The notes below the pieces were generated by a model, which was given only the letters and a program-made list of their open reading frames with translations, did no database searches and was not told where the DNA came from. A stretch of 64,000 nt of DNA from Octopus sinensis. Taxonomy: Eukaryota. Of the stretch, positions 25,151 through 38,639 are shown piece by piece. The stretch spans positions 18,352,001 through 18,416,000 of the forward strand of contig NC_043017.1 in NCBI RefSeq assembly GCF_006345805.1, written 5' to 3'. Within the stretch, counting starts at the first letter, position 1. Every line of letters starts with the position of its first letter. Both the position numbers and the translations under genes were made by a program.

Positions 25151-25587
25151 TACCATTTTTATCAATATATATACATATGTATATATAAATATAAAAAATG
25201 GAACAAAAAACGCAATAGAAGACAATAAATCAAATGGACAGGAAAAATATCAATTGAAAGGACAGGAAAAAAAAGGACAGATCATTTGTGGCCTTCTTTC
25301 ATCAGTCAAGTTACTAGATATCCTTACAGTTTCAGCAGTTACACTTGAGACTGTTCGATCTGGTTGCTCCACAAAAAGTCTTAGCTAAGAGCATCAGATT
25401 TTTTGTAAGAAAGCTTATGAATGTGTGTGACAGCAAAGATATAAAATGGAGAACATGGTATACAATTAAAAATACAAACAACAAGAATATAACAACAGGT
25501 GTCTTTTGACTGAGGATGAATCAAATTGAGCTGTCATGTATTATGTAAAAGCCTTCGGGCAGAAACATAGGAGATGGACATATTGAT

Positions 25588-25845
<258 letters not shown>

Positions 25846-26963
25846 CTGGTTCTGTTTTGCATCTACCTGTCCTTGTCCTCACCCCCCACCCACCCAAACA
25901 GATGTTCCTGTTTGTTGACCTCATCACCATCCTGCTTCCCCCCCCCCTGCACCTCCTGCTGTAGACAAGGTCATCATTTACTGTTTACCCCATAATTACA
26001 TCAGCAAAAACAATAGTTGACATTGTGGTGAAGGCGGTGATGGTGATGGTGATGATGGTTGGGGGGGAGATCGTGTGTGTGTGTGTGTGTGTATGTGTGA
26101 TGGGGGGGGCTGCTGATGATTATTTTTAACCTTCACTCAAGGTTACAACTTACTAACAGAAGGGTTTCCATCAATTGACATGGAGCTCGCCTAATTCCCC
26201 TACTCACCCCCACCACCTCCCAGTGTGTATCTGAATGGGGTGGGGATTCCCTCCCCCACCCTGGCTGACCTTCACCCTCTCCATTCCCAGAGAAACCTGA
26301 AACTGACTTTGGTTGGACCTAAACTCTGCATTGTGAAACAATATACTTCATTATATCAGAAAGTCCCTTCTTAAATCCAGCAAAATATACTCAGGGACGC
26401 CATTCCATAGCAAAGTTGCCAAACCTTACAGATTCCTGGCCACCATATTGCCATTATTAACAGGAAAAAAAAACTCTTTGTTTGTCTGTTGGTTGGTTGT
26501 TTGTGTTTCCACGGTTACCTATTTACTACCTTTTAATTGTTTCAGTCACTGGAGTGTGGCCAGGTTGGGGCACCACCTAGAAGGATTTTAGTCAAACAAA
26601 TCACCACCTGGACTTTTTTTTTAAGCCTGGTACTTATTCTCTTTTGCTGAACCAGGAAGTTATGTTGGATATTAACAGACCAACACTGGATGTCTAATAG
26701 TGACAGGGAGAAAACACAATGACACACACACACACGTTTCCCTCTCATACCTCCTGACTTTTTATGGTTTTTGTGTATACATACACACATACGTGTATAT
26801 ACATATATATAGAGAGAGAAAAGAAAAGAAATGGAGCAATAATTAACAATGAGAAGTTGATCATTGGTTTTAAAAGGTCATAGTTTAATTCTAGTTCAGA
26901 ACCATTTACAACTGTTTCTTTATCAAATCGAAATAAATTTACATTTATCTCGTTCCATGTATG

Positions 26964-27037
<74 letters not shown>

Positions 27038-27114
27038 AATATATAATATATATATATATATATATACATATATATAACAAAGTTGAGTTGTGGGGTATTG
27101 CACGAGTGGAATTA

Positions 27115-27527
27115 TATACAAAAGAAGGTTTGAAAATGCAATTTAAAAGATGTTTATTTACTTAACCGGTTTCACTCTTTGGAAAAAGATTGTCAAAAGT
27201 AACATATGTATTACGAATTCAAAATATTCTGTACTGAACTTTTTTTGATATTTCCTCCTGGAAATTACCCTGAGATGTATAATATATTTGTTTTAATCTT
27301 TTCTGCCCATTTTTTCAAATATTCTCATCATACTGTTGTACTTTTTTATGTCCTTAACATGTCCCTGTTACCAAAGACTGTATATATACATGTAATGTGG
27401 CAATTTGCAACAACCAATAATTAACGCAACCAAACTTCCATATGTTACTTTTGACAATCTTTTTCCAAAGAGTGAAACCGGTTAAGTAAATAAACATTTT
27501 TTAAATTGCATTTTCAAACCTTCTTTC

Positions 27528-27532
<5 letters not shown>
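27115..27532. repeat. Fold-back F4: 94-bp inverted arms, each with an HHR-like U3:A8 motif
   Basis: Arms 27115-27208 and 27439-27532 differ at 2 positions. Motif TTACTT TTGACAA TCTTT-TTCC-AAAGA GT GAAAC CG GTT AAGTAA at 27445-27489 (+) and 27158-27202 (-). Confidence 0.7.
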
Positions 27533-27572
<40 letters not shown>

Positions 27573-27798
27573 GACAATGAATTTTCTTGTCATAGATGAC
27601 AGGTGAGGGTTCCACACACCAAATATATTTCAAGGTGATTGCTGAGCAATGTGAGATGAAGTGTTTTTCTCAAGAACACAACACACTGCTTGGTCCAGGA
27701 ATTGAAACCACAATCTCACAATCATAAATACACTACCCAAACCACTAGGCCATGTTTCCTCATCATTTATAAATATAAATAACGTGTGTGTGTTTATA

Positions 27799-28324
27799 TA
27801 TTACCATTATTGAGTGAGAGAGCAGTGCATGCCATCAAAGTGACACTGGAGTAAAATATACAAAGCCCAGTATACCCATCATCACTACCCATCTGATAAG
27901 GGTACATCACAACCATATGTGCACAACATGATGATCTGATATCAAGATTAACAGTGCATGACCTTGCAGGTGGGGCCCAGTTAGAATTTTCTTTCGGTCG
28001 AGTAGCCCAACCCACTCAAAAGGTCCCCGAATAAGGGTTGTTTAAGGACGTTGGACAAAACACCCATGTTTTCATTGGTGAATTATCCAAACCTCAAAGT
28101 ATTCCTCTCAACACACGACTATGATGCTCCCTCACATATTATCAACCACTAAGGGACATGCTCAACTGGTTAACAACTAACAACTAACAAGAAAATCTGT
28201 GGTTTTGAGCAGAATATTAGCTGTAGCCCATCTTTTATACCAAATCAAAATATGTGCATAATAACACTTCCAATCTGTTAAGATGAGAAGCCATGAGAGC
28301 CACTGCCTGGTGCTGCATCAGGGC

Positions 28325-28378
<54 letters not shown>
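27799..28378 (+). mobile_element. Retroposon-like repeat of about 530 bp ending in a (TTA)n tail, family unknown
   Basis: Complex sequence followed abruptly by an (ATT)n tail. Single copy in this window. Confidence 0.4.
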
Positions 28379-29653
28379 GTTTAAGAGATTTGAAGTGTCT
28401 CAGTTACTCAGTTGACCCACTTTCCCCAAGAGTTGGTTTACTTCAGCTGAGATAGAAACAGGTTCCCTGTGCTTTGAAGATCCTTCCAGTAGATTTCCTG
28501 CTGCCTGAAATTATTGTCATGGTATCCATTGTCATCATTGTGACTCAGGATGGTGACCTGTTAACCTCATATTTAACAAAAAAAATATTTTCTGCCATTC
28601 ATTCTGAAAGGAAACAAAGGGACCAAATCAATAAAAATATTTGGCAACTCAAACACAATCTTTTGTTAAGATTGTATGGCTACCATTATCCAAGTGTTTA
28701 TAAAATAATGTAAACATGCCATTGTATATATATATATAAATACCAAAGAACCCAATAAATTTACTATAAATAAATTTGTGGCTGACAACACCTGAACAAA
28801 GAGTTTTTAATACTGTTTTTTGTTTGCCTTTCTTCTACATTCTTTGTTAGTCAATCATCAACACTCCCCTCACAACTTTCAAAGTGCCTCTATACAACCA
28901 CTCTTTCTCTTTCCCATTGTTCTGTGAGTTTTGGGAGGTATGATGGATAGCAGTGCATGGGTTGTCAACCTCTTCAATCAAGCTTTATCATTATTGCTAG
29001 TCATACCTACCTCTCTCTCTCACCACTCAACCCTCCACCATCACTCATTTTTGATAACCATCACTACTCCTCCTTCTCACTCTCTTACCTTCACTCATCT
29101 TGATTACTATTATCTCTCTCTCACATTACTGCTTCTTTACTCACTCACTGTTGTCATACAACACTCTATCTCCCCTTCTGCCTCTCTTTCACTCAGCACT
29201 CTCTTTCTCTCATTGCTCTTTCACTCTCTGTCTCTTCTCTCATTCTCTCCTTTTCCCTTCACTTTGCCTCTTTTCCAATATATTGTTTCTATTCAATCTC
29301 TTGACCAACAACAGTCATGTAGCTGCCTGTTCCCCCCTTCTCTCTCTCTCATTCTTCCTCTCTCCCTTTATAATTATAGATATTATGTAGGTAGGGAAAA
29401 TCCAAGCCATGTCCTCTTGAAGTATGTCACCTTATTCCAGTATATAAATGTTGTTGTCATTGTTGTGAGATACGTATTAGAGTTGAAAATTCTGGAAATA
29501 TTGTTTGCAGAGTTACTATATATATATATATCAAAACAGGAAGTTCTATGTATGTGTGTGTATGCACATATATGTGTGTGTGTATATGTATATATATGTG
29601 GTGCTCTAGCGTGGCCACAGTCAAGTAAAAGAGACTGAAACAAGTAAAAGAGA

Positions 29654-29702
<49 letters not shown>

Positions 29703-29710
29703 CACACACA

Positions 29711-29914
29711 CGAGGAGAAGTTCCTGGATTTAAGGGTACCGTGAAAGACCTGACTGGAGGCCCAGCCTTCCAAGTTCTTTCACAGGGCTTAGAAAAACTG
29801 GAGGACCACTGCAATAAATGCGAGAATCTGAGAGGGAAATGTATTAAATAAAATCATAATTAAGTGATCTTCCTGAATTCTCTTTTACTCGAAGCCAGCA
29901 ACTTTTCAGCACCC
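29711..29914 (+). mobile_element. Mariner-derived MITE
   Basis: Imperfect TIRs (agaagttcctggattt / agccagcaacttttcagc). Interior GLEKLEDHCNKCENLRGKC resembles a mariner C-terminus. The same right end occurs at 9366-9488. Confidence 0.55.
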
Positions 29915-29991
29915 ACTTGTGTGTGTGTGTGTGTGTGTGTTTGTGTGTGTGTGTGGTGTGTGTGTGTGTGTACATATATATATATATGTAT

Positions 29992-30055
<64 letters not shown>

Positions 30056-30122
30056 ATAATATGTGTGTGTATGTGTGTGTGTGTGTGTTGTATCGAGTTA
30101 GAAAAACACAGAGATCTAATGC

Positions 30123-30976
30123 ATACAAATTAATTAATTAATTAATTAACATATTCACAAACAATTGTTTCATTTCACAAACAAGATTAAGACTACAAAA
30201 CATAAATATATAATTTTGCATTTTAAAATACCCTATAAGGAGATCATCAGGGTGTTCAGAAGGACAATAAGGATTACATTAGGATACATTCGGAATATAC
30301 AGAATCATCATCATCATCATCATCGTTTAACATCTGTTTTCCATGCTGGCATGGGTTGAACGGTTCGACTAGGGTCTGACAAGCCAGGAGGCTCCACCAG
30401 GCTCCAATCTGATCTGGCAATGTTTCTACAGCTGGATGCCCTTCCTAATGCCAACCGCTCTGAGAGTGTAGTGGGTGCTTTTTACATGCCACCGGCACAG
30501 GAGTCAGATGGGGTGAGAGGGCTGGCATCGACCAGGTTTGGATAGTGCGTTTTACATGTCGCCAGCAGGGGAGCCAGTCAGGTGGCTCTGGCATCGGCCA
30601 CATTCAGATAGTGTGTTTTACAGAGGCCAGTCAGGGCAAGGGGTATGGCATCGACCACATTTAGATGGTGCTTTTTACGTGCCACCAGGATGAGGAGCCA
30701 GTCAGGCGACACTGGTAATGACTGGTGCATGAATGGTGCTTATTGTGTGCCACCAGCATGGGAGGCAGCACTGGCATCAGCCACAACTACAATTTCCATT
30801 TGATTGTGGTTTGATTTGATTTTGATTTTGATGTACTTGACTCAATAGGCCCCCTCAAGTACAGCATGTCATCCGACGAACATATATATCTATGTATGTT
30901 TTGTATTTTTAATCTTATTTGTGAAACGAAACAATTGTTGGTGAATATGTTGATTAATTAATAAATTAATTTGTAT
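30123..30976. mobile_element. Fold-back F5 (about 90-bp arms) with HHR-like motif, interrupted by an RTE 3' UTR insertion
   Basis: Arms at about 30123-30212 and 30883-30976. Minus 30254-30156 reads CACC CTGATGA..GAAAC AATT GTT. The right arm supplies the complementary GGTG after GTT. Confidence 0.55.
30305..30875 (-). mobile_element. Family E: RTE-associated 3' UTR with (GAT)n tail and internal tandem units of about 55-60 bp
   Basis: catcatcatcgtttaac..gatgcccttcctaa(c/t)gccaacc..gtgccaccggcac. Homologues at 13137-13345, 21247-21445, 22190-22510, 41330-41480, 42560-42765, 49794-50145, 51945-52320 and 56470-56610. Confidence 0.75.
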
Positions 30977-32242
30977 CCATTAGCTCTCTCTGTTTCCTAA
31001 CTCAATAAAAATGCTTGATATATAATATATTCATTGAAGAATTATTTCTTTAAAAATTTGATATATTAAACCAGTGTATATTGGATAAATATCCGTATAG
31101 GAGGTTGAAATATCCTCATTGTGACTATGTGTGTGTGTGTATACGTATGGGTGGATGTATATATCTAATTTCTTCTTTACTGCTAGATTTGCTCTTCATT
31201 CTCTGTTTATAAGATTCCTGATTACTATGCAGTGACGTCTCATTGGAATGTAAATTTTGTATTATTTTGATTCTGTGTCTGAAGAATTTCCAGTTGAAGA
31301 ATTCTTACTTGTTTATCCAACATTTACTATTTTGTAACTCCCATTAGTAAATGAAACATGTGTAATGGTCAATAAATAATACCAAAAAATTTTCTGACCT
31401 CACCACGTCACATCCACACACTAGAAATTTACACACACACACACATTTAGCCGTTTGAATACACTTACAAACTTGTGTATAACACTCTTAACAGAACACT
31501 CAAACACACACATGCATACATGCACACACACACACACACACACACACACTTTTATACAAATACCATTCACACACACCCCTAACTGATTAGGTAGATACAC
31601 ATACATACACATGCACACACACAAACACCTGTATTCATTCACCACAGAAACATTGTTACACACACATACAAACACCACCACCACCAACAACAACAACTAC
31701 AACAACCCCCTGGCTATAAACCCAGTTTCCTGTCACTATTGGTAATGGAACAGACTCAGGTCAAGTGGAGGAGAGGAAAGGTGGGGGGGGGCATGTGCTG
31801 CTGGTTGCCAGTGGCCTCCCTGCCCCCCCCCCATTCGAAAAAACCTTAATATTTCCATTTTAAACAAAACTTCCTTTTGTTCCAAATAATTTTTCGCTTT
31901 TGCTGTGCTTTCTCGGATCTAAGTGTAATTAAAGTTAATTTAATTAATTCAATAGAAATGTAATTAATGACAAAAGCAGAAAATGACTTAGTATTATAAA
32001 CATATTACAGTGGCAAGGGGCGGCGGCGGGGGTGGGGGGAGAATGGCTTCAGTAATTTAGCTAGGGTAGGAGGGTGTGGTGGTTGTGGTGGTGGTGGTGG
32101 CAGCAGTAGTAGTGGTGTTGTAGTGCAATGGTAGTGGTAGTGGTGGTAGGCTGATGGTAGGAAAGAACTCATTAAAAACCTGAGTAGTACTTGATATGTG
32201 TGTGTGTGTGTGTATATATATATGTATCTGTGTGTGTTTGTG

Positions 32243-32280
<38 letters not shown>

Positions 32281-33011
32281 TGTGTGTGTGTGTGTCTGTG
32301 TATATATACGTGTGTGAGTTCATGTGTGTATGTGTGTGTGATTTTATATATATAGACATATGCCCCAGCATGGCCGCGGCCTTCGGGCTAAAACATTTTT
32401 AAGGATTTAAGGATATATAGACATATATCAGTGTGTGTGTATGTCTCAATATACATCCAGTGTAATTTAAACCTTAAATCATATGACAAATAACCAGGAT
32501 TTCTCATTCTGTTTCTATGGCTATTCATGCATTTAAAATGTAAGGATTAGAAGCATTAAGCAGAGATTTATAAAGATATAAACTTGTTACAGTTTAAATA
32601 TGGCTGAGATAGATTTGAACATTCTTACAAGTTTGAATATGTCGCAAATATATTCAAACTGTTATAACTTTATAGAAATCACAATTTAATGCTTCTAATC
32701 TGTATTTACTGTGGCTGGCCAGCTGATTAACTAAACCAGTTAAAAGTATTCTAATTGGGATCTAACAAGTGAGACCTAGCCTCTTAGTCAGTTCAGAGTT
32801 GCCTCCCTTCCCAGTGCTGGCTGTTGATGAGCAGACAATTATTTTGAAATGTATGCATCCATTGATCTGGACAGAGGGCGCTCTGAACCGACCTGAAATG
32901 TTTACACCTTTTGTTACTGCAGCAGTGGTTTCCAACAATTTTCAACCATTGACCACTTTGGTTCCTATTTTATCTGGGTGGACCCACACAGCTATTCAAG
33001 GGTCTTGAACC

Positions 33012-33284
33012 CAATGGTTCCTCAACCATGTTTTGTCTATGGACCTCTTTGATTTCTATTTTATTCAAGTGGACACTCTTAACCATTCAATGGTTAAAAA
33101 AAGCCTGTTATATTTTTATAAGTAAATATTATTAGAAATTGTATAAAAAAGTGTTAAAATATTTTGTGCATTATAGAAATATAAGCAAGTTATTGCAGAT
33201 AATTTCAACAACAAAATCTTATATGGACCTTTAAGGGCCACATGGACCCAAAAGGGTTATATGGACCCTGGTTGAAAACTACTG
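33012..33284. mobile_element. hAT-type MITE
   Basis: TIRs CAATGGTTCCTCAACC / GGTTGAAAACTACTG. Reverse homologue at 40899-41157. Confidence 0.6.
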
Positions 33285-33797
33285 ATTTGCAGTGAGAATT
33301 TTTCTCCATGGCAAAAGTACAGGGAATGGCCTTCTTGCAGGTTTGAATATTTCTGAAACATATTTGAACTGGTAACATGTTTATCATGTAATTGTATTGT
33401 TTGTTATTAAATCTGGGTTCCAGTGTTACACAGAGAATATTTGGGAAATAAAACAAAACGCAAGAGATTGTTTATAAGATCTTTAGTTGCACCAACTTAG
33501 GTATCATTCATTAACAAAGCATTAATTCTTAGATACATAATGTAAACATCATAATCAAGACTTATTGTCAAATCATCAGAGAAGTGTAACAATTGTATGT
33601 AACACCACAGTGGTTGATTCTGTCTTTTCAACTCAATAACACTATATATAAAAAAGTTACTTGTCTCTTGTCCAAGTAATTTACTATTTGGAATTAATAA
33701 TCACCTTCTGTAAACGATACAAAAGACAATGCAACTAAATAATTTATAAACAATTTCTCGTGTTTTGTTTGGAGATATATATATATATGTGTATCAT

Positions 33798-33831
<34 letters not shown>

Positions 33832-34116
33832 TGATACTAATAACCTGGTTTTAGAACTCAATATACACATGCTTCAGAATAAAGCCTTGGTCGAGTACAG
33901 AGTGTGATATAAAATTAAATTAATGACTAAGGAACAGTATATTATATAATCAATTTTAATTGGTATATATAAATATATATATATATATATAGGCACATGC
34001 ACACACACACACACACACATACACACTCACATGTAACTGTCTGTATAGTGCAAAACAAGGTGGGAAAAGTAGTAATTAGAGTGAATGATAATTTATTGAA
34101 ACCAAAACGACTTTAA

Positions 34117-34335
34117 CCCTTTTGTGTTTAAACCGGCCATATCCGGCCCAAATATTCTAAATGTTTTATATTCAAACTGGTGATATCTAGTCTCTCACAC
34201 CTAATCTACATTGACATTCTAAAAATAAACAATCATATCATTGAAACCTCAAAGCTATAACATAATACATGATTAATTCAAAACAATTTGAGTGAAAAGT
34301 ATTACATTTAATAGAGAAATTTGAACACCAAGGGG
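34117..34335. mobile_element. piggyBac-type MITE, second family
   Basis: TTAA-CCCTT...AGGGG-TTAA. Related partial copies at about 12405-12620, 61571-61660 and 61771-61910. Confidence 0.7.
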
Positions 34336-35439
34336 TTAAAAACTGTTACTCGGAGTTTCATGTAATCAATCATCAGACAACCTCAAGTATTATGAACAAT
34401 ACAGAATTGCTCTAAAGACTCAAGAAATGCTGGTGGCTGAACAACCTCTGAACTATACATTCATTTAAATTACAACCACTGCATGATGGACCAGTCATTA
34501 GCTTTATAATTAATTCTAGTCAAGAAATGTAGGAGAGACAACCATTGGAATATGAATTCATTTAAATTCCATCTGTTGTGTAAAAGAAAAAAAAATCAAT
34601 CATTATTTTTCTAACTCAGTTAAAAAAAATGTAGGGAAGGTAATCTTGGAAATACAAATTGAATAAAATGAATAATTTGTGTGTTTTTCTCATATTTCCA
34701 GGTATTTGACAGGAATTATTTAACAGGTCTACGACATAGATTGTTCAACGTGTAAGATATTACACATTCTTATCACCCTCTTGCTGCCTTGCTCCAGCAT
34801 GGACTTCACTCTCCCTTTTTAGTTCACACTAGAAACTAACTCTCTGTTTTTGTTTTCTGTTGTTTTGTTTTTGTTGTGGGTATGGTGGAGGTGGGGGGAA
34901 ACTTGCTTTTTTTTTATTGCATGCATTAGCATGTGCATGTATATTTTTGCATGCATGTTTGTGTTTGTGTGTGTGTGTGTTTATGTGTGTGTGCATGTGT
35001 ATTTTTGCATGTATGTGTGTGTGTGTGTGCAGACATTTTTGCATGTGCATGTATGAGTTGTGTGCACTTGTGTGAACATGTATGTACAACTTTTCTTTGA
35101 GTTTTATCTAAGTTCTTCTTGGGAAAGTTCAAGCGAGTCACTAATAAAATAACAAGACTTTTTCAATTCAGAGACTTCCTGGTGTTTGTGAATCTGTGGT
35201 TGAACTGGTGTGTGGGTTGTACTGACAATGCACACACACACCCAAGCGTACATACGTCGATTCACATAAGAATCTCAGATGGAGAATTTCTGGAATGTCT
35301 CTTACAAGTCTTCACCATGTCACTAATAGATTGGAATTAGAGTAGTGACATCAATTTCTTTTCTTCTTTCTCTGTGAAACTGAGCATTTCCAGGGTTTTG
35401 TGCAAATTTTTTGGTGCATAACCTAATGCACCTATATAC

Positions 35440-36120
35440 ATGTGTGTTGGGTGTACGTGTGTGTTGGAGAGAGTGTGCATGTGTGATGGAATGCATATGT
35501 GTGTGTGTTGGGTGTGTGTATGCATGTGTGTGTTTGTGCATGTATGTGCATGTGTGTGTTTGTGCATTATGTGTGCATGTGTGTGTGTGTTTGTATTGTA
35601 GTATGTGTGCGTGTTTGTTTTGTGTGTGTGTGTGTATGTATAATAGAGTGTGTGTTAAGTATCTATATGTGTCTGTGCATATGTTTTGTGTGTGTGCATG
35701 CATGTGTGTGTGTTTGTGCATGTATGTGTATATGTGTGTGCATGTGTGTGTGTTTGTGCATGTATGTGTATATGTGTGTGCATGTGTGTGTGTGATGGAG
35801 AGTATATGTGTGTGTGTTGGGTGAGTGTGTGTGTTTGTTGTGTGTGTATGATAGAGAGTGTGTATTAAGTGTCTATATGTGTCTGTGCATATGTTTTGTG
35901 TGTGTGCATGCATGTGTGTGTTTGTGCATGTATGTGTATATGTGTGTGCATGTGTGTGTGTTTGTGCATGTATGTGTATATGTGTGTGCATGTGTGTGTG
36001 ATGGAGAGTATATGTGTGTGTGTTGGGTGAGTGTGTGTGTTTGTTGTGTGTGTATGATAGAGAGTGTGTATTAAGTGTCTATATGTGTCTGTGCATATGT
36101 TTTGTGTGTGTGTGTGTGCG
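35440..36120. repeat. TG-rich complex repeat with a higher-order period of about 206 bp
   Basis: Unit gatggagagtatatgtg..gtgcatatgtttt recurs at about 35794 and 36000, with a partial copy near 35625. Confidence 0.8.
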
Positions 36121-36921
36121 CACGCATTGGAGAGAGAGTGTGTGCATATTGGATGTGTGTGTGTGTATCTATGGGTATCTAAGCGTATTAGGCCTATTGG
36201 GGTGGTTGAATTATGTGTGGCCCCTGTGTGAGTTGTATAGGGGTTAGATTATGAGTGGTTTGCTTGTTGTTGTTGTTACAGGTATTTATTTTCTCAATGC
36301 TATTAAATGCTCCATCCTGAGTAAGTACAACAATCTTTACTCATTGGCTTTGTGCACCTTCAGTCATTAGTCAGTACTAAATATTAAATGTTGCATCTGA
36401 AGTAAATACAATAATCATTGTGTCACCCCTTTCTTCAGTCATTAGTCAATACTAAATATTATATGTTGCAAGCAATGCATCGTGTTGAGTGATGGAATAA
36501 TAAATGTCGAATTTTCAGAGGAACAAAAATGAAACAAGAATTTTAATGTGTTTTACACACACACACACGTATACATATGTGTTTGTGTGTGTGTGTGTTT
36601 GTGCATGCGTCTTTGTGTTTGTGCATGCATGTGTGAGTGTGTGTTTGTGCATGTGTGTGTGTGTTTCAAAACTGTACCAAAAGACGAAAAGAGGTGAGGG
36701 GCACAACAAACAAGGAAAAATGATGCTCGGGAAAAATGGAAGAGGCTTTGACATTTCAAGCCTATGCTCTTCCAAGGGAAGGAATGAAGAGAGAAAACAC
36801 ACAGACACACACACACACATATATATGTATGTATTAATAACAGTATAACTCAGCTCCATATGACAGTTTTGTGGATGCACAAGATGCATCCATCTCATCA
36901 GATACCACCTGTGTATGTATG

Positions 36922-36953
<32 letters not shown>

Positions 36954-36954
36954 C

Positions 36955-37346
36955 ACTCTTTTACTTTGTTTCAGTCATTTGACTGTGGCCATGCTGGAGC
37001 ACCGCCTTTAGTCAAGCAAATTGACCCCAGGACTTATACTTTGTAAGCCTAGTACTTATTCTATCGGTCTCTTTTGCCGAACTGCTAAGTTATGGGGACA
37101 CAAACACATCAGCATCGGTTGTCAAGCGATGTTGGGGGGACAAACACAGACACACAAACATACACACACACATATATATATACAACGGGCTTCCTTCAGT
37201 TTCCGTCCACCAAATCCACTCACAAGGCTTTGGTCGGCCCAAGGCTATAGTAGAAGACACTTGCCCAAGGTTCCACACAGTAGGACTGAACCTGGAACCA
37301 TGTGGTTCGTAAGCAAGCTACTTACCACATAGCCACTCCTACGCCT
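36955..37346 (-). mobile_element. SINE family A, near full length
   Basis: Reverse complement of the family A sequence. Confidence 0.9.
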
Positions 37347-37369
37347 ATATATATATAAGGAGAGTTTAC

Positions 37370-37505
37370 AAAAAAACACAAAAGACGAAGACAGGTGGTG
37401 TACAAAACAAACAGATGTATTAGTATAATGCTCAGGAACAGAAAAAGACTTTTACGTTTTGAGCCTATGCTCTTCTACAGAAAGGGACACAGAAAAAACA
37501 AGGAG
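37370..37505 (-). mobile_element. PLE-like terminal repeat F2, copy 2, with degenerate HHR-like motif
   Basis: Near-identical to 549-690. G12 is mutated (AAAAC). Confidence 0.6.
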
Positions 37506-38639
37506 CTGAAATATGGTCTTTTGCAACAGAAACAGCTGTCTGATTAAATTAAATAAATAATATATATATATAGTATTAATAAAATAGATGGAATGTGTAT
37601 ATATATATATTTACTTATGTGTATATATGTGAGTGTATTAACCCATGTGTGTGTCAAGCTTTGCACAGACATGTGTATCTTGCTTTACGTATGAATCTAT
37701 GCACATATTCATCTATGCTATGTAAGTATATTTATGTGTCTACCTGTGTATATGTGTTCCTATACATATATATATGTATATGATTGTCCATATGTGTGTG
37801 TATGCGCGTGTATCTAGTTGTATGTATATGCCCATATACTTGAATGTGCATGTGTGAATGTATATCTATATGTGCATACATATATATCCCTGGGTATGTA
37901 TATATGTGTCTAAGCACAAACACAAAAAGAATTTTCGTCTAAGTATTATCTTCCTTTCAACTTCCTTTTCTTTCTCTTAACAGTTACAACAGCGAAAGCT
38001 CATTGCGTCATTTTCTCTAAACTAGAATGTGCACTTTCCATGTTCATATTTGAATTCTTTGCAGATGGAGTATTTTTTTGTTGAATTTTCTATTACTGAT
38101 AAGTACATTAAACATATATAAATATAGATATAGATATAGATATAGATATGAAAAATACAAAAATGGGACAAGAGTGCAAAACATCCAGACAGACGATACA
38201 AAGAGAACAAGGACGGGTCATTCGGAGTTTTCTATCCTCAGTTGAGTTCCAGATTATCTTTGTAATTTCGGCTGGTTATGCTCAAGATTGCTCCATATGA
38301 ATATATATATATATAGTGTGTGTGTGTATGTGTTCACACCCGTTCATAATTATCATGCACATGTGTTTTCCACGCAGACGTTACACTCTGTGAAGTGATT
38401 GGTGTTAGGAAGGTCATCAAGTTGTAGGGACCATGTAGGGACTCTCTTGAGATCACATGATAGTTCTAAACAGGTGTCACCATCATACAGACAGTACCAT
38501 GTATATTTAGATCTTATGTGAAACATGTCTGGCCACAGGTAAATATTACCTTACTTGGAAACAGGTGAGAATTGCTAACATGGACAGCTGTAATAAAGAC
38601 TATGAAGCCATGGGACACAACAAGTGTTCTGACTGTATC

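Noticed and set aside
25290-25345. Minus-strand GAAAC..GTA..CTGATGA in type II order (similar near 38225-38280)
   Set aside because: Stem I and stem II cannot be formed convincingly.
28430-28555. Possible minus-strand terminal exon (VTILSHNDDNGYHDNNFRQQEIYWKDL..)
   Set aside because: Weak acceptor, no recognisable homology, and no partner exons.
28931-29638. 235-aa Leu/Ser-rich ORF
   Set aside because: It is a translation of a CT-rich low-complexity tract running into TA/TG repeats and a SINE tail.
30470-30790. CRISPR-like pattern of a recurring ~24-nt motif (gtgctttttacgtgccacc) with intervening segments; also at 22350-22510, 49960-50145 and 52030-52320
   Set aside because: The intervening segments are homologous to each other. 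The array is the internal tandem repeat of the RTE-associated 3' UTR, the context is eukaryotic, and there are no cas genes.
32787-32892. Minus-strand peptide ALCPDQWMHTFQNNCLLINSQHW resembling a C-type lectin N-terminus
   Set aside because: A stop follows within 5 codons, there is no donor site, and no further CTLD motifs are nearby. Probably chance.
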